A stretch of 64,000 nucleotides of DNA from Candidatus Bathyarchaeia archaeon (GTDB lineage: Archaea > Thermoproteota > Bathyarchaeia > Bathyarchaeales > Bathycorpusculaceae): assembly GCA_038727135.1 (NCBI GenBank), contig JAVYWL010000002.1, forward strand, positions 128,001 to 192,000, given 5' to 3'. The position numbers and the translations under genes were made by a program. Shown here piece by piece: positions 1-10,162 of the stretch. Positions within the stretch are counted from its first letter, which is position 1; each line of letters begins with the position of its first letter. Below the pieces are notes generated by a model. That model was not told where the DNA came from and did no database searches. It saw only the letters and a program-made list of their open reading frames with translations.

Positions 1-411
1 TGTGTCTTCAAACTCTTTTAGCACGTCCTTCACACGTGCCTCGCTTACGTCTCCGTGAAGCTTCATGAGGCATACGTATTCTTTGCCGCTTAGAAGCAGT
101 GCTTGGACAATCTTCCTAGACTCTTCTAGGGTTACCGGCAGGACGCCGGTCACGTTGGGGTTTCCCCAACCCTTTTAGGCTTCTAGGGTCCCGCCGTGAC
201 CGACGTTCTGAACGCCCAGTATGCGTTTAACCCATGCGGCTACTTCGTGGCTTGTGGGTCCAGCCGGCTTGTCAAGGTTTACGACGCCGAATCTTATGTA
301 TTCTTTTGCTGGGCGTTCTTCCGGTTTACAGCCATATTTTGGGTCTGTTTCTCCCTCAGCCTTAACAATTAGCTCGCGTTTAATCTCCCAAGGCGGAACA
401 CTTCTAGGCAT
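1..411 (-). CDS. cbf5: H/ACA RNA-guided pseudouridine synthase Cbf5 (TruB family). Exon 1 is 411-183, intron 182-162, exon 2 runs from 161 off the window edge
   Basis: Motifs [12 protein letters not shown] and GHGGTL. Removing 21 nt restores [16 protein letters not shown]...[12 protein letters not shown] with the catalytic Asp. Confidence 0.95.
162..182 (-). other. 21-nt archaeal BHB intron inside the catalytic Asp codon (G^AC) of cbf5
   Basis: Intron AAGCCUAAAAGGGUUGGGGAA contains an in-frame UAA. Central helix CCCU/GGGG, bulges AG^A and AA^A, intron stem AGCCU/GGGUU. Confidence 0.9.
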
Positions 412-469
412 TTTGAATAAAACACCTCTAACGTTAGAAAATATGAGTAGGGAGTTAAATAATAGTTTG

Positions 470-760
470 TTAAGCTGGAGCTAAGGCTGGTTTGACGGGT
501 TGAGCCATAACCTCCAAAAGTCCCTTCTTTTTCAATGCTTCAATTACTTCCTCATCGGAGGCGCCCCGCTTTATGTCAATTTTTTCGGCTAACGGCTCCA
601 AGTGGTTAATGTTTGCCCTTCGCCTCTTAACGCCAGTAACACTTTTCGGTCCAGTCACCAGCACAAAGCTTTTGTCAATGATGTCAACTATTACGCATTT
701 TTTGCCAGCCTCCCTTCCACAGATTTTGACGCATATCCTGCCAACTTCGACTGCCGGCAA
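470..760 (-). CDS. rpl14e: 50S ribosomal protein L14e
   Basis: [52 protein letters not shown]; usual position next to cbf5. Confidence 0.95.
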   Translation of the reverse strand: MPAVEVGRICVKICGREAGKKCVIVDIIDKSFVLVTGPKSVTGVKRRRANINHLEPLAEKIDIKRGASDEEVIEALKKKGLLEVMAQPVKPALAPA

Positions 761-873
761 GTTAGACCCTCCCTTTTTAAGGCATAAGCGTAAACGCTCA
801 TATTTATAATTTCAGCTCTTTAAAAGCGGCTGAAATCGTTAAAACTGCCCACATAAATCCTAGATTTGATGGT

Positions 874-1557
874 TTGGAGGTTTGGGAGACGGCTAAAATA
901 GGCTTAATAACTATTGGGCAATCGCCCAGAAACGATGTGACTCCCATGCTAAAGGCGATGCTCGGTCAAGCAGTCCAGCTTGTGGAGAAAGGAGTCCTAG
1001 ACGGTTTAGCAAAGGATGAGGTTGACAGGTTGGCTCCAAGGACTGGGGACTATGTGCTGGTCACACGGCTAAGGGATGGGACATCGGTCAAGGTAGCTAG
1101 GCGACCGATTGTGCCGAAAATTCAGAGGTGCATAGAAGAGCTTGAGGGCTTAGAAGTTGACCTAAATGTGCTTTTATGCACTGGAGAGTTTCCCGGTTTA
1201 AGAGTCAAGAAACCGTTGATAATGCCGGAAGTCCTAATCACAAGCCTTGTACGGTGCGTTAGGGGCGGGAAAATAGGCGTGGTTGTCCCGGAGAAGGAGC
1301 AGATTTCCGGTGCTATTCGAAGATGGAAAAGAGTAGGGGTTTCAGTGGTTGTGGCAAGTGCAAACCCTTACAGCGACACCGAAGCCTTGAAAAAAGCCGC
1401 CCTACTATTTGCCGAGGAAAATGTTGACTTGACGGTGCTTGACTGCATAGGCTTCGCACTTGAGGCTAAAGAGATCTTTAGAAGATTAACTGGCAAGCCT
1501 GCTATCTTGCCACAAGCGTTATTGGGATGCGTATTGAAGAGTTTGGTGGGTCCTTGA
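874..1557 (+). CDS. AroM family protein
   Basis: TIGQSPRNDV, LVTRLRDG, LLCTGEF and LDCIGF motifs. Confidence 0.85.
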   Translation: MEVWETAKIGLITIGQSPRNDVTPMLKAMLGQAVQLVEKGVLDGLAKDEVDRLAPRTGDYVLVTRLRDGTSVKVARRPIVPKIQRCIEELEGLEVDLNVLLCTGEFPGLRVKKPLIMPEVLITSLVRCVRGGKIGVVVPEKEQISGAIRRWKRVGVSVVVASANPYSDTEALKKAALLFAEENVDLTVLDCIGFALEAKEIFRRLTGKPAILPQALLGCVLKSLVGP

Positions 1558-1564
1558 ACCCTTT

Positions 1565-2923
1565 TTAGGTCATGAATTTTTCCACAACATTGTATAGTAC
1601 GCTTGTTCCGAAGATTAGGTTCTTAATGGATATTCGCTCATCTACGCCATGCACCATTTTCCAAATTTCACTAAAGGGCAAGTCTGATAGCATCGGTTGA
1701 AAGCCATAACACACTGAGCCTAGGCTTCTGAAGAAACGGGAGTCCGTTCCACCAGTCAGCAGTATAGGGGCCACAGTGCAGTTAGGTTCAAATCCCTTTA
1801 GGGTTTCCACCATAAGCTCATATAGAGGCGTATCCATAGGGGATTCCGAAGGCTCATTAGCCTGAATAACCTCAAACTCAAGCTTTTCTAGGTCCACATC
1901 CCTTAAAAGCTCCTTTACGTGGTTTAGGGTTTCGGTTGTGCTTTGTCCCGGGAGGATTCTGCAGTCGAAGACTGTTTCGCATTCTGATGGGATTATGTTC
2001 TCCTTAACACCCCCATGAATTATTGTTGGTGTAATGGTCGTCCTCAGTAATGCACGGAACTGTTCAGCCATGGTCTTGTCCTTTTGGGCAAGCATGTCTA
2101 AAATATCATCGCCTCTATCCGGGTTTTGGAGCAAGAATGTCAGCGCTTGCCTTGCCTCAACGTTTTCCTCAGCCATAACAGCCAAAAACTGCTTAACAGT
2201 CGGAGTTAAAACCATGGGCGCACGATAGTTACCCAACTTGTCCACAACGCGATTCATTCGCAGAATAGCGTTGTCAGCGGCGCCCGGCACCGAGCCGTGT
2301 CCCGGTCTCCCTTTCGCTTTAACCTTGAACCATAGAATGCCCTTCTCGGCTGTCTGAATTGTGAAAACGTTTTTGTCATCCATCGGGATGGCGTGTCCGC
2401 CGCCCTCGTTTATGACATATTCAGCTCTAACCTTTTCTAAGTGATTGCGGACGAGCCATCCAGCGCCGTATTCTCCGCCTTTCTCCTCGTCGGCTGTCGC
2501 GGCTAATATGACGTCGCCCTTAAGCTTGACGTTATTGCGTTTCAGAAGCTTCATAACCATGACTTCCATGGCGGTCATGGATTTCATGTCGATGGCGCCC
2601 CTGCCCCAGACGAAACCGTCCTTAACCAAGCCTGAGAAGGGGTCTACGCTCCACTCTTTTGGGTTTGCAGCCACCACGTCTAGATGGGAAAGCAGTAGAA
2701 GGCTGGGCTTCTCGCCTGTTCCTTTAAGGCGGGTTATAACGTTTCCCCTTCCGGGGGCAGACTCCAAAACCTCACATTTGAAGCCTTCCCTTTCCAAATT
2801 TTCCGCCAAGTATTTTGCGGCTTGAGACTCATTTCCAGGCGGGTTCGTTGTGTTTATACGGATTAAATCGCTTAAGAGGGCGGTAATCTCATCCTCAATT
2901 TCTGTTAATAGTTCCGCTTTCAT
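1565..2923 (-). CDS. M20/M25/M40 family metallopeptidase (ArgE/DapE-like)
   Basis: SHLDVV, GRGAIDMK, ADEEKGG, GGTDSR and HGVDERI motifs. Confidence 0.9.
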   Translation of the reverse strand: MKAELLTEIEDEITALLSDLIRINTTNPPGNESQAAKYLAENLEREGFKCEVLESAPGRGNVITRLKGTGEKPSLLLLSHLDVVAANPKEWSVDPFSGLVKDGFVWGRGAIDMKSMTAMEVMVMKLLKRNNVKLKGDVILAATADEEKGGEYGAGWLVRNHLEKVRAEYVINEGGGHAIPMDDKNVFTIQTAEKGILWFKVKAKGRPGHGSVPGAADNAILRMNRVVDKLGNYRAPMVLTPTVKQFLAVMAEENVEARQALTFLLQNPDRGDDILDMLAQKDKTMAEQFRALLRTTITPTIIHGGVKENIIPSECETVFDCRILPGQSTTETLNHVKELLRDVDLEKLEFEVIQANEPSESPMDTPLYELMVETLKGFEPNCTVAPILLTGGTDSRFFRSLGSVCYGFQPMLSDLPFSEIWKMVHGVDERISIKNLIFGTSVLYNVVEKFMT

Positions 2924-2987
2924 AGCTTATCACTTTAGCTCAAGGATAATAGGTCAGAAAACATTTAAGATTTTGTGGAAAAGCCCA

Positions 2988-3335
2988 TCAGCATGTTAGA
3001 TGGAAGGCGCCGGCAACCAATTTCCCAGCTTTCAAAAGCTCGTTGAAAGTCTTGTAAGCCTCACCGGTCGGTTGGGCAATAAGCTTTATTCCCCGCTCTT
3101 TTAAGGCTTCGTTGACTTCCGGCATAACCTTAACAAGTCCGGAGTATCCAGTGCCAACCACGAGAACCTCTGGAAGCGGTTTGTGGCTAAAAACCTCCTT
3201 TAGGTCTTCAATGTATATTCTGTGGCCTTCCTTTCTCCACCATCCACTCATGACTTTGTCTGGAAAGACTATAACGTCGCCCGTGTAGCGTTTACCATCT
3301 ATAACCATGACGCCGAAATCATAAGAGTCTATCAT
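2988..3335 (-). CDS. Mth938-like (DUF498) protein
   Basis: IDSYDFG, WWRKEGH, VVGTG motifs and C-terminal FHLTC. Confidence 0.9.
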   Translation of the reverse strand: MIDSYDFGVMVIDGKRYTGDVIVFPDKVMSGWWRKEGHRIYIEDLKEVFSHKPLPEVLVVGTGYSGLVKVMPEVNEALKERGIKLIAQPTGEAYKTFNELLKAGKLVAGAFHLTC

Positions 3336-3404
3336 CTACGTTCACTAATATTCTTTTTAAAGGTTTAAAGGATTTAAAGCCTAACGCCAAAATCACTTTT
3401 AGCC

Positions 3405-3983
3405 ATGAAGCCTCTCCCCAAAAGCTTTTATGAGAGAGACCCTGCCACTGTTGCAAGAGAACTTCTTGGAAAAGTGCTCGTTAGAAGGCTTGACAGTCAA
3501 ACTTTAAGCGGGAAAATCGTTGAAACCGAAGCCTACTACGGTGAGAAAGACCCAGCCTCAAAAGCCTATGAGGGAAGGAAAGCCTTCAACGAGCTAATGT
3601 TTTTAGATGTTGGAAAAACCTTCATTTACATGGTTCATGGAAACTGGCTCCTAAACGTCGTTGCCCACCCGAAAGGCGGTGTGGGCGCCGTCTTAATAAG
3701 AGCTATAGAACCTCTCCAAGGAATAGAGGCTATGAAGAAAAATAGGAGGGTAAGGGACATTTACGCCCTTACAAGCGGTCCTGGAAGGCTTACGAAGGCG
3801 ATGGGCATAACGAAGGAGCAAAACGGCCTAGACATTACAAAGGCTGAAAACGAAATAGCGATTTTTGAAGCCGCGGCAGAGGAATTTGAAATCTGCACTT
3901 CTCATAGGATAGGCGTTAAAAGAGATCTTCCGCAAGAGTTAAGGTTCTACATTAAAGGGAACAAGTTTATTTCAAAGCCGTGA
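3405..3983 (+). CDS. DNA-3-methyladenine glycosylase (MPG/AAG family)
   Basis: IVETEAYYG, AVLIRAIEP, SGPGRL and RIGV motifs. Confidence 0.92.
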   Translation: MKPLPKSFYERDPATVARELLGKVLVRRLDSQTLSGKIVETEAYYGEKDPASKAYEGRKAFNELMFLDVGKTFIYMVHGNWLLNVVAHPKGGVGAVLIRAIEPLQGIEAMKKNRRVRDIYALTSGPGRLTKAMGITKEQNGLDITKAENEIAIFEAAAEEFEICTSHRIGVKRDLPQELRFYIKGNKFISKP

Positions 3984-4032
3984 AAATTTATCTACAAAAT
4001 GAACGTTTAACTGTTTGTAGAAGGCGCCGTGG

Positions 4033-4572
4033 ATGCTGAGTCAAGAAGCCCTACGCCAAATTCGGGAGACACCACCAACGAAAATTGTTGGGTTGATTTC
4101 TGACACGCATGTGCCAGCCCGAGCTAGAGAAATTCCGAGGCGTGTTTTCGAAATTTTCGAAAAAGTTGATTACATTGTGCATGCTGGCGATCTAGTTGAC
4201 CTGTCGGTTATAGACAGGTTGGAGCAGCTTGCCCCCGTTTTAGCTGTTTACGGCAACATGGACGGCCCTGAAATTCGTGGAAAGCTTCCTAAAATGAATT
4301 CTGTTAAGATTTTTGATTGGAAGATTGGCGTTATGCACGACCCGGGGACACTTTTTGGCATGGGGAAGATGCGGGAAATAGCCAAACAAAATGGCTTCAA
4401 CGTGTTTGTTTATGGGCACACACATCACCCAAGCATTAAGTGGGAAGGCGAAGTCCTCTTCATAAACCCTGGAAGTCCAACAAACCCTCTTCCGCCATTT
4501 ATGGCGAAACCGACGGTGGCTCTGCTAAAGATTACAAAGGAGAAGATTCATCCTGAAATCATAACTTTGTAG
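4033..4572 (+). CDS. Metallophosphoesterase (YfcE/MJ0936/Vps29 family)
   Basis: SDTH, HAGD, GNMD, GHTH and NPGS motifs. Confidence 0.92.
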   Translation: MLSQEALRQIRETPPTKIVGLISDTHVPARAREIPRRVFEIFEKVDYIVHAGDLVDLSVIDRLEQLAPVLAVYGNMDGPEIRGKLPKMNSVKIFDWKIGVMHDPGTLFGMGKMREIAKQNGFNVFVYGHTHHPSIKWEGEVLFINPGSPTNPLPPFMAKPTVALLKITKEKIHPEIITL

Positions 4573-4691
4573 GGCAGAGTTTTCACTTTAACTTATCTCT
4601 CTCCCCTTGCTGGAAAGTCGTTTCATGGTATGCCTTAAAAGGGGATTGTGACAGAACACCCTAACCAGTCGCGTGAAAGTGGTGAGCCTCT

Positions 4692-4829
4692 ATGGAGCGC
4701 TGTAGAAACCCTTGGAATAAGGAATGCAGAAACGACGACATTGAGGTTTACATAGTCTTCAAAGGTGATAAACTTCCCATTTGTAGGCGATGCTGGAGCA
4801 AAATAGCAGAAAAAGATTTAGAATGGTGA
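4692..4829 (+). CDS. 45-aa putative zinc-binding micro-protein (not in the ORF track)
   Basis: Hand translation MERCRNPWNKECRNDDIEVYIVFKGDKLPICRRCWSKIAEKDLEW; four Cys; GGTGA Shine-Dalgarno at 4681-4685; 7 bp upstream of the next gene. Confidence 0.7.
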   Translation: MERCRNPWNKECRNDDIEVYIVFKGDKLPICRRCWSKIAEKDLEW

Positions 4830-4836
4830 AAAAGGC

Positions 4837-5085
4837 ATGAATGGCTTCAACTTGAACGTTGCCAAATCCTTTCTTGGAAAGCACGTCAACCTCCACCTAA
4901 AAGATGGCTCAGTAATAGTGAACGTTCAGCTGGCTGCAATTCAAAGGGATGAAATGCGAAACGAAGTCTTTGTTAGGTGCATATCATATGGGAAGGGCAA
5001 CACGCTCCGAATACCTCTAAGAAGTATTGCGTGGGCAAAGCTTGTAGACTTAAACATTGTTGAGATGAAAGAGACCGTCGGCTAG
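4837..5085 (+). CDS. Small protein, probable Sm/LSm-like beta-barrel fold
   Basis: FLGKHVNLHLKDGSVI resembles Sm1 and IPLRSI resembles Sm2. Confidence 0.55.
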   Translation: MNGFNLNVAKSFLGKHVNLHLKDGSVIVNVQLAAIQRDEMRNEVFVRCISYGKGNTLRIPLRSIAWAKLVDLNIVEMKETVG

Positions 5086-5240
5086 CCTGCACTAGCGAAA
5101 ATAAAGCCTTGCTAAAATCCGTTTTCCTATAAAAAGGTATGAGGAGTGCAGATCAAGCTCTTCTAAAGTGTTTGGGTTTTTCTTTGTGTTTCTCGAAAAA
5201 CTTTAAAAAAATGTTTCATGACATTTTTATATGGTCAATT

Positions 5241-7688
5241 ATGAAAATGCCGAAAAAAGCGCTTTCAGTTATAACGCTTACTTTATTTTTAACGGGCATA
5301 TTGAATTCAACACTTAAAATTCGGCAGGTTAAATCGCAAAAAACATGGATCGTTGACGATGATGGACCAGCAGACTTCCACTCAATACAAGAGGCTATAA
5401 ACGCGGCAAGCGACGGAGACATTATACTTGTGTATAATGGAACTTATTATGAGAATATCGTTGTAAACAAGGCAGTTTCGCTTATCGGGGAAGATAAGAG
5501 TAATACGATTATTGATGGAAATGGAACATTAACGGAGATGGGAGTTGTCTCGCTTCAAGGCGTTAATTCGAGTATAAGAGGATTTACCATAAGAAACGGT
5601 GGGTACGGTATAAAAGTGTTTAGTTCATATGGCTATCTCCCAAAATTCACAGGACATATAATAGAGGACAATTGCATAATTAACAATTCTTATGGCGGCA
5701 TCTTCCTACAAACATGTGCAAACAACACCATATCAAATAACATTGTAGCAAATAATACTTTATTCGGAATCCACTTATGTCATGCAGGAAATAATACGCT
5801 AATAAATAATACCGTAGTTAACAACGGACATGGCATCGACTTCTACGGCAATTCAAACGATAATGTCCTCAGAAATAACAACATGACAAACAACTCGTAT
5901 AATTTTGGACTCATCTTGCGCGGAGAAACGCAACAGTTTCTGCGGGGTTTCAAAAAACCAGGGATAGTCAATGACGTGGATACTTCAAATACAGTCAACG
6001 GCAAACCGATCTATTATCTCGTTAACAAGAGCAATTTTCAAATACCGCCAAATGCGGGGTATGTGTGGCTAAATAACTGCACGAATATCACGGTTAATGG
6101 ATGCAAATTATCACATAACCTCCAAGGTTTGATGCTTCTATTCTGTAAAAACGCATCCATAATTAACAACAACATAACCAATAACGTATACGGTGCATTT
6201 ATCAGTGTTTTCAGCAGCAACAACCGTCTTATTGGAAACAGATTTGAAAATAACTTGAACGGCATTTTCTTCGATGCATTTACCAAACGCACAACCATGC
6301 GAAATAACGTTATAAGTGGAGGCAACGTGAACTTTGGTTTTAGGCCAGACATTGGGCGATACATCGATAGCTTTTCGGATTTGGAAAATGATATTGACAC
6401 TTCTAATACTGTGGATGGAAAGCCTATAATCTATTGGGTAAACAGGCAAAACCAAACGGTTCCAAAGAACGCTGGATACGTAATGTTAATAAATTCTTCA
6501 AATATTTTGGTCGAGAGTTTGAACTTATCAAATAATCTTCAAGGCATATATTTGCTTGGATCAAACAATATAACAATTGCAAACAATACAATAAGAGGGT
6601 CTATTTACGGTATTGACATCGACATCCTTAGCTGGATTGAGTGGATCGAACATGAACTGATACGGCATCGCATCTGTTCCTCCGACATAACCATAAAAGA
6701 AAACATTATTCTTAACAACGGAGTAGGCATATTCATCAGAGGTGACAATAGCACCATATATAATAATACGCTCTACAGAAATCCGCTGGGAATACTTGCA
6801 GATGTTAACAATAGCACCGTCTCCAGAAATATGATAACTGAAAGCAATTTGAGCACAACTGACCATGGACCCGATTTGTTAATTTTTTACTATCAAGAGC
6901 GAATGTGGGAATATTCGGTAGAATTAATGCGGATGGAAATAGGCGGTATTGTTCTAGGCGGAGGACATAATGTTATATATGGCAACACTGTGAAAGACAG
7001 CCAATACGGTTTAGTTATGTTCGACGGTGTTAGATACATGTGTGGCTTTGAAAACCTCGTTTTTCATAACAACTTCATTAATAACACGTACCAAGCAATT
7101 GGACCTTTTGCCCCGGAGAGAAACTACTACGATAATGGATATCCTTCAGGCGGGAACTACTGGAGCAATTATGATGGCCTAGACCTTTATAGCGGACTCT
7201 ATCAAAATGAAACTGGCAGTGATGGAGTTGGAGACACCCCCTTCATAGCATTTTCTGCTCTCGAACTAGATGTTACGGATAATTATCCACTCATGGCGCC
7301 GATTGAGATCTTTAACATTGACGAGAATGTTTTTGAAATCGTCAGCAATTCCCACCTTTCACATTTTAACCTTAGCATTGAACAGAAAATTTTAAGCTTT
7401 AATGTAACTGGAGTCGATGGACAAGCAGGGTTCTGCAGAATAACAATTCCAAACACTATAATCCAAAACTTGTGGCATGGAAACTATACAGTTTACTTTG
7501 ATGATGAACCAGTGCCCTTCAGAAGCTGGAAAGACCAGGAAAACACATACATATATATCAATTATACACATTCGGAACACAAAATAATGGTTGTGTCAGA
7601 GTTTCCATCAGTCATAATCTTACCTTCGCTAATGATTGTTACGATGCTTATTGTTGTCTATGTAAAAAAGAACAAGGGTAAATTATAG
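5241..7688 (+). CDS. Secreted NosD/CASH parallel beta-helix surface protein with a C-terminal PEF-CTERM-like anchor (ORF track starts at 5139; true start likely 5241 or 5247)
   Basis: Signal peptide, VDDDGPADFHSIQEAIN, Asn-rich PbH repeats, GGNYWSNY, and SEFPS followed by a TM helix and basic tail; lower GC than neighbours. Confidence 0.88.
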   Translation: MKMPKKALSVITLTLFLTGILNSTLKIRQVKSQKTWIVDDDGPADFHSIQEAINAASDGDIILVYNGTYYENIVVNKAVSLIGEDKSNTIIDGNGTLTEMGVVSLQGVNSSIRGFTIRNGGYGIKVFSSYGYLPKFTGHIIEDNCIINNSYGGIFLQTCANNTISNNIVANNTLFGIHLCHAGNNTLINNTVVNNGHGIDFYGNSNDNVLRNNNMTNNSYNFGLILRGETQQFLRGFKKPGIVNDVDTSNTVNGKPIYYLVNKSNFQIPPNAGYVWLNNCTNITVNGCKLSHNLQGLMLLFCKNASIINNNITNNVYGAFISVFSSNNRLIGNRFENNLNGIFFDAFTKRTTMRNNVISGGNVNFGFRPDIGRYIDSFSDLENDIDTSNTVDGKPIIYWVNRQNQTVPKNAGYVMLINSSNILVESLNLSNNLQGIYLLGSNNITIANNTIRGSIYGIDIDILSWIEWIEHELIRHRICSSDITIKENIILNNGVGIFIRGDNSTIYNNTLYRNPLGILADVNNSTVSRNMITESNLSTTDHGPDLLIFYYQERMWEYSVELMRMEIGGIVLGGGHNVIYGNTVKDSQYGLVMFDGVRYMCGFENLVFHNNFINNTYQAIGPFAPERNYYDNGYPSGGNYWSNYDGLDLYSGLYQNETGSDGVGDTPFIAFSALELDVTDNYPLMAPIEIFNIDENVFEIVSNSHLSHFNLSIEQKILSFNVTGVDGQAGFCRITIPNTIIQNLWHGNYTVYFDDEPVPFRSWKDQENTYIYINYTHSEHKIMVVSEFPSVIILPSLMIVTMLIVVYVKKNKGKL

Positions 7689-7824
7689 TCTAAGGGGATA
7701 CAGCGGTCCCAAATCGATGTCTTTAACAAGAAAGAGATTTGGTTTTGTTAGCCGAAAATGCGTTAAAATTTTGACAAAAATGCTTAAAACAATTTTAAAT
7801 AGTCCTCAACAAATTTTGTGAGCG

Positions 7825-8832
7825 GTGAGCCAATTGCCATGCACAGTCATAGTTGGAGGCTTCTGGGGGGACGAGGGTAAAGGCAAGATAGTCTCCTACT
7901 TGGCTTTAAAAGACAAAGTGGATGTTTGCGTTAGAACAGGTTCTGTTAATGCGGCGCACACCGTCTGGGTTGAAGGAAAACGTTATGCGCTCCACATGGT
8001 TCCGTCAGCCTTCGTGTATGAAAAGTGCCGCCTCCTGATCGGTGCAGGCGCAAATATTCATGTGGCAAAATTCCTCGAGGAAGTGGAGCTTACAAATGTT
8101 AAAAATCGCATCGGCGTAGACCACCAAGCCTCAATAATTGAGGAGAAACACTCCGAACAGGACAGGACAAGCGCTCATTTGAAGGGCTTAGGCACCACTG
8201 GCTGGGGTGTTGGACCAGCCATAGAGGAACGTGTTCGCAGGACGGCAAAGCTTGCAAAGGACATAGCGGAACTAAAGCCCTACCTAACGGATGTTGCGGC
8301 AGAGGCAAATAACGCTATAGACACTGGCAAGAAGGTTCTATTGGAAGGAACACAAGGCGTCATGCTCTCGCTTTTTTACGGCACTTACCCATATGTTACT
8401 GGAAGAGACACAAGTGCTTCAGCAATATGCTCAGAAGCGGGTGTTGGACCAACAAAGGTTGACGAGGTCCTAATAGTTTTCAAATCCTTCATGACCCGCG
8501 TCGGCGCCGGACCATTGCCTGGAGAACTCCCAAGAGAGGAGGCTATAAAACGCGGATGGTTCGAGGTTGCCGCCGGAACAGGAAGGGAAAGACGGTCAGC
8601 CCCCTTCAACTTTGAAATAGCGAAAAGGGCTGTCATGTTAAATGGGGCGACACAAATAGCCCTAACAAAGCTTGACATCGTCTACCCAAAATGCAAAGGT
8701 GCAAGAAAATATGATGAGCTGACTCCAGAGGCTAAAGAGTTTGTAAGAGAAATTGAACGGCAACTAGGCATACCAGTGGTTTTAATCGGCACGGGACAAG
8801 AAGTCTTAGACATAGTGGACAGAAGAACCTAA
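7825..8832 (+). CDS. purA: Adenylosuccinate synthetase (short archaeal type)
   Basis: WGDEGKGK, EGTQG, YPYVT and TKLD motifs. Confidence 0.95.
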   Translation: MSQLPCTVIVGGFWGDEGKGKIVSYLALKDKVDVCVRTGSVNAAHTVWVEGKRYALHMVPSAFVYEKCRLLIGAGANIHVAKFLEEVELTNVKNRIGVDHQASIIEEKHSEQDRTSAHLKGLGTTGWGVGPAIEERVRRTAKLAKDIAELKPYLTDVAAEANNAIDTGKKVLLEGTQGVMLSLFYGTYPYVTGRDTSASAICSEAGVGPTKVDEVLIVFKSFMTRVGAGPLPGELPREEAIKRGWFEVAAGTGRERRSAPFNFEIAKRAVMLNGATQIALTKLDIVYPKCKGARKYDELTPEAKEFVREIERQLGIPVVLIGTGQEVLDIVDRRT

Positions 8833-8983
8833 CACATTCGCAAAGATGCAAACTTCATTGCACGTTTATCCTTGTCTCGCCGCCCAACACTACAGCATTA
8901 AGGATAATAGTGGGCTGTGCAAAATACGATTGATAACACGACATGGTGCGGCTCGCTTGCCAAAAAAAGCGTACAGAAAACTC

Positions 8984-10162
8984 ATGCGCATTGGCTTCCC
9001 AGTTGAAGTTCTAAACAGAGACCTAAAACTAATTTTCACATCAAACCTCATAGGCTCCTTCGGAGACGGCTTGTACGCTTACCTCCTCCCATACTACATG
9101 AAAGAAACTCTTAAGGCAAGTTCCGTTGAAATAGGCATTTTATACGCCCTCACAAGTCTAACAGCAGCGGTAACGCTTCTACTGGCGGGAGCCATCGCCG
9201 ACAAATACGACCGAAAGAAAATCATGATTGCCGGGTGGCTCGCGTGGGCTCCAGCCCCAATAATCTTCTCCATGGCAAAAGACTGGGTTCAAATGCTCCC
9301 CGGAATGGTTCTCTGGGGTTTTTGGCTTGGAGGACCAACAAGCACAGCCTACATAGTAACATCAGCCGACAAAAACAGGCTAACATTAACCTTTACAGTT
9401 ATATCCTCATCATGGTCTTTTGGCTACATTTTCTCGCCAGCCCTAGGCGGATACATGGCTGGAAAAGTAGGAATGCAAACAGTCTTCTACACGTCCTTCC
9501 TACTATACGCTTTGGCAGCCCTCATTTTAGCCTTCATGAGCAGCCAACACGCGCCAACCAGCCAACAAAAAACATCAAACCCATCAACGATAGAACTTTT
9601 GAAGGATAGAAAACTGATTAGAATGTCCGCCTTCTTCGCCTCCATAATGTTCGTCATGATGATGTTCCGCCCGCTGGTTCCCCAGTTCCTAGCAGACGCA
9701 TACCACTACGGAGACTTCGAAATAGGGGTTTTGGGCTCAATAGCCTTCTTCGGCTCAGCAGTTCTAGGCATAATACTGGGCAGAATCGGAGACAGATGGG
9801 GAAAGGAGTACGCACTTGCAGCATCAATGGTGTCGTGCAGCACATCCCTAACCATAATGCTTCTAACGGGCGACCTATACGTGCTCATGACAGCATTTTT
9901 CCTATCTGGAGCATCCTACATAACATGGTCCCTAATGAGCGCAATAATAGGACCACAAGCACCAGAACACATAAGGGCCAAATGGATATCCATACCCCAA
10001 ACAATAAGCATGTTCGCCTCAACAATAGCACCATACATCGGCGGAATCATATACGAAATCACAATCTATCACCCTTTCATAGCGGCAATAGGCGCATCAT
10101 TAATACTCGCCATAATCAGCCTCCCACAGCCTTCAGAAGTTTTATCTAACCAAAATGCTTGA
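8984..10162 (+). CDS. MFS transporter (start chosen at ATG 8984; ORF track gives 8846)
   Basis: About 12 TM helices; motif A as GAIADKYDRK and GRIGDRWGK. Confidence 0.85.
   Translation: MRIGFPVEVLNRDLKLIFTSNLIGSFGDGLYAYLLPYYMKETLKASSVEIGILYALTSLTAAVTLLLAGAIADKYDRKKIMIAGWLAWAPAPIIFSMAKDWVQMLPGMVLWGFWLGGPTSTAYIVTSADKNRLTLTFTVISSSWSFGYIFSPALGGYMAGKVGMQTVFYTSFLLYALAALILAFMSSQHAPTSQQKTSNPSTIELLKDRKLIRMSAFFASIMFVMMMFRPLVPQFLADAYHYGDFEIGVLGSIAFFGSAVLGIILGRIGDRWGKEYALAASMVSCSTSLTIMLLTGDLYVLMTAFFLSGASYITWSLMSAIIGPQAPEHIRAKWISIPQTISMFASTIAPYIGGIIYEITIYHPFIAAIGASLILAIISLPQPSEVLSNQNA

Noticed and set aside
175-411. 78-aa ORF read as a truncated cbf5 pseudogene
   Set aside because: The stop codon lies inside a BHB intron
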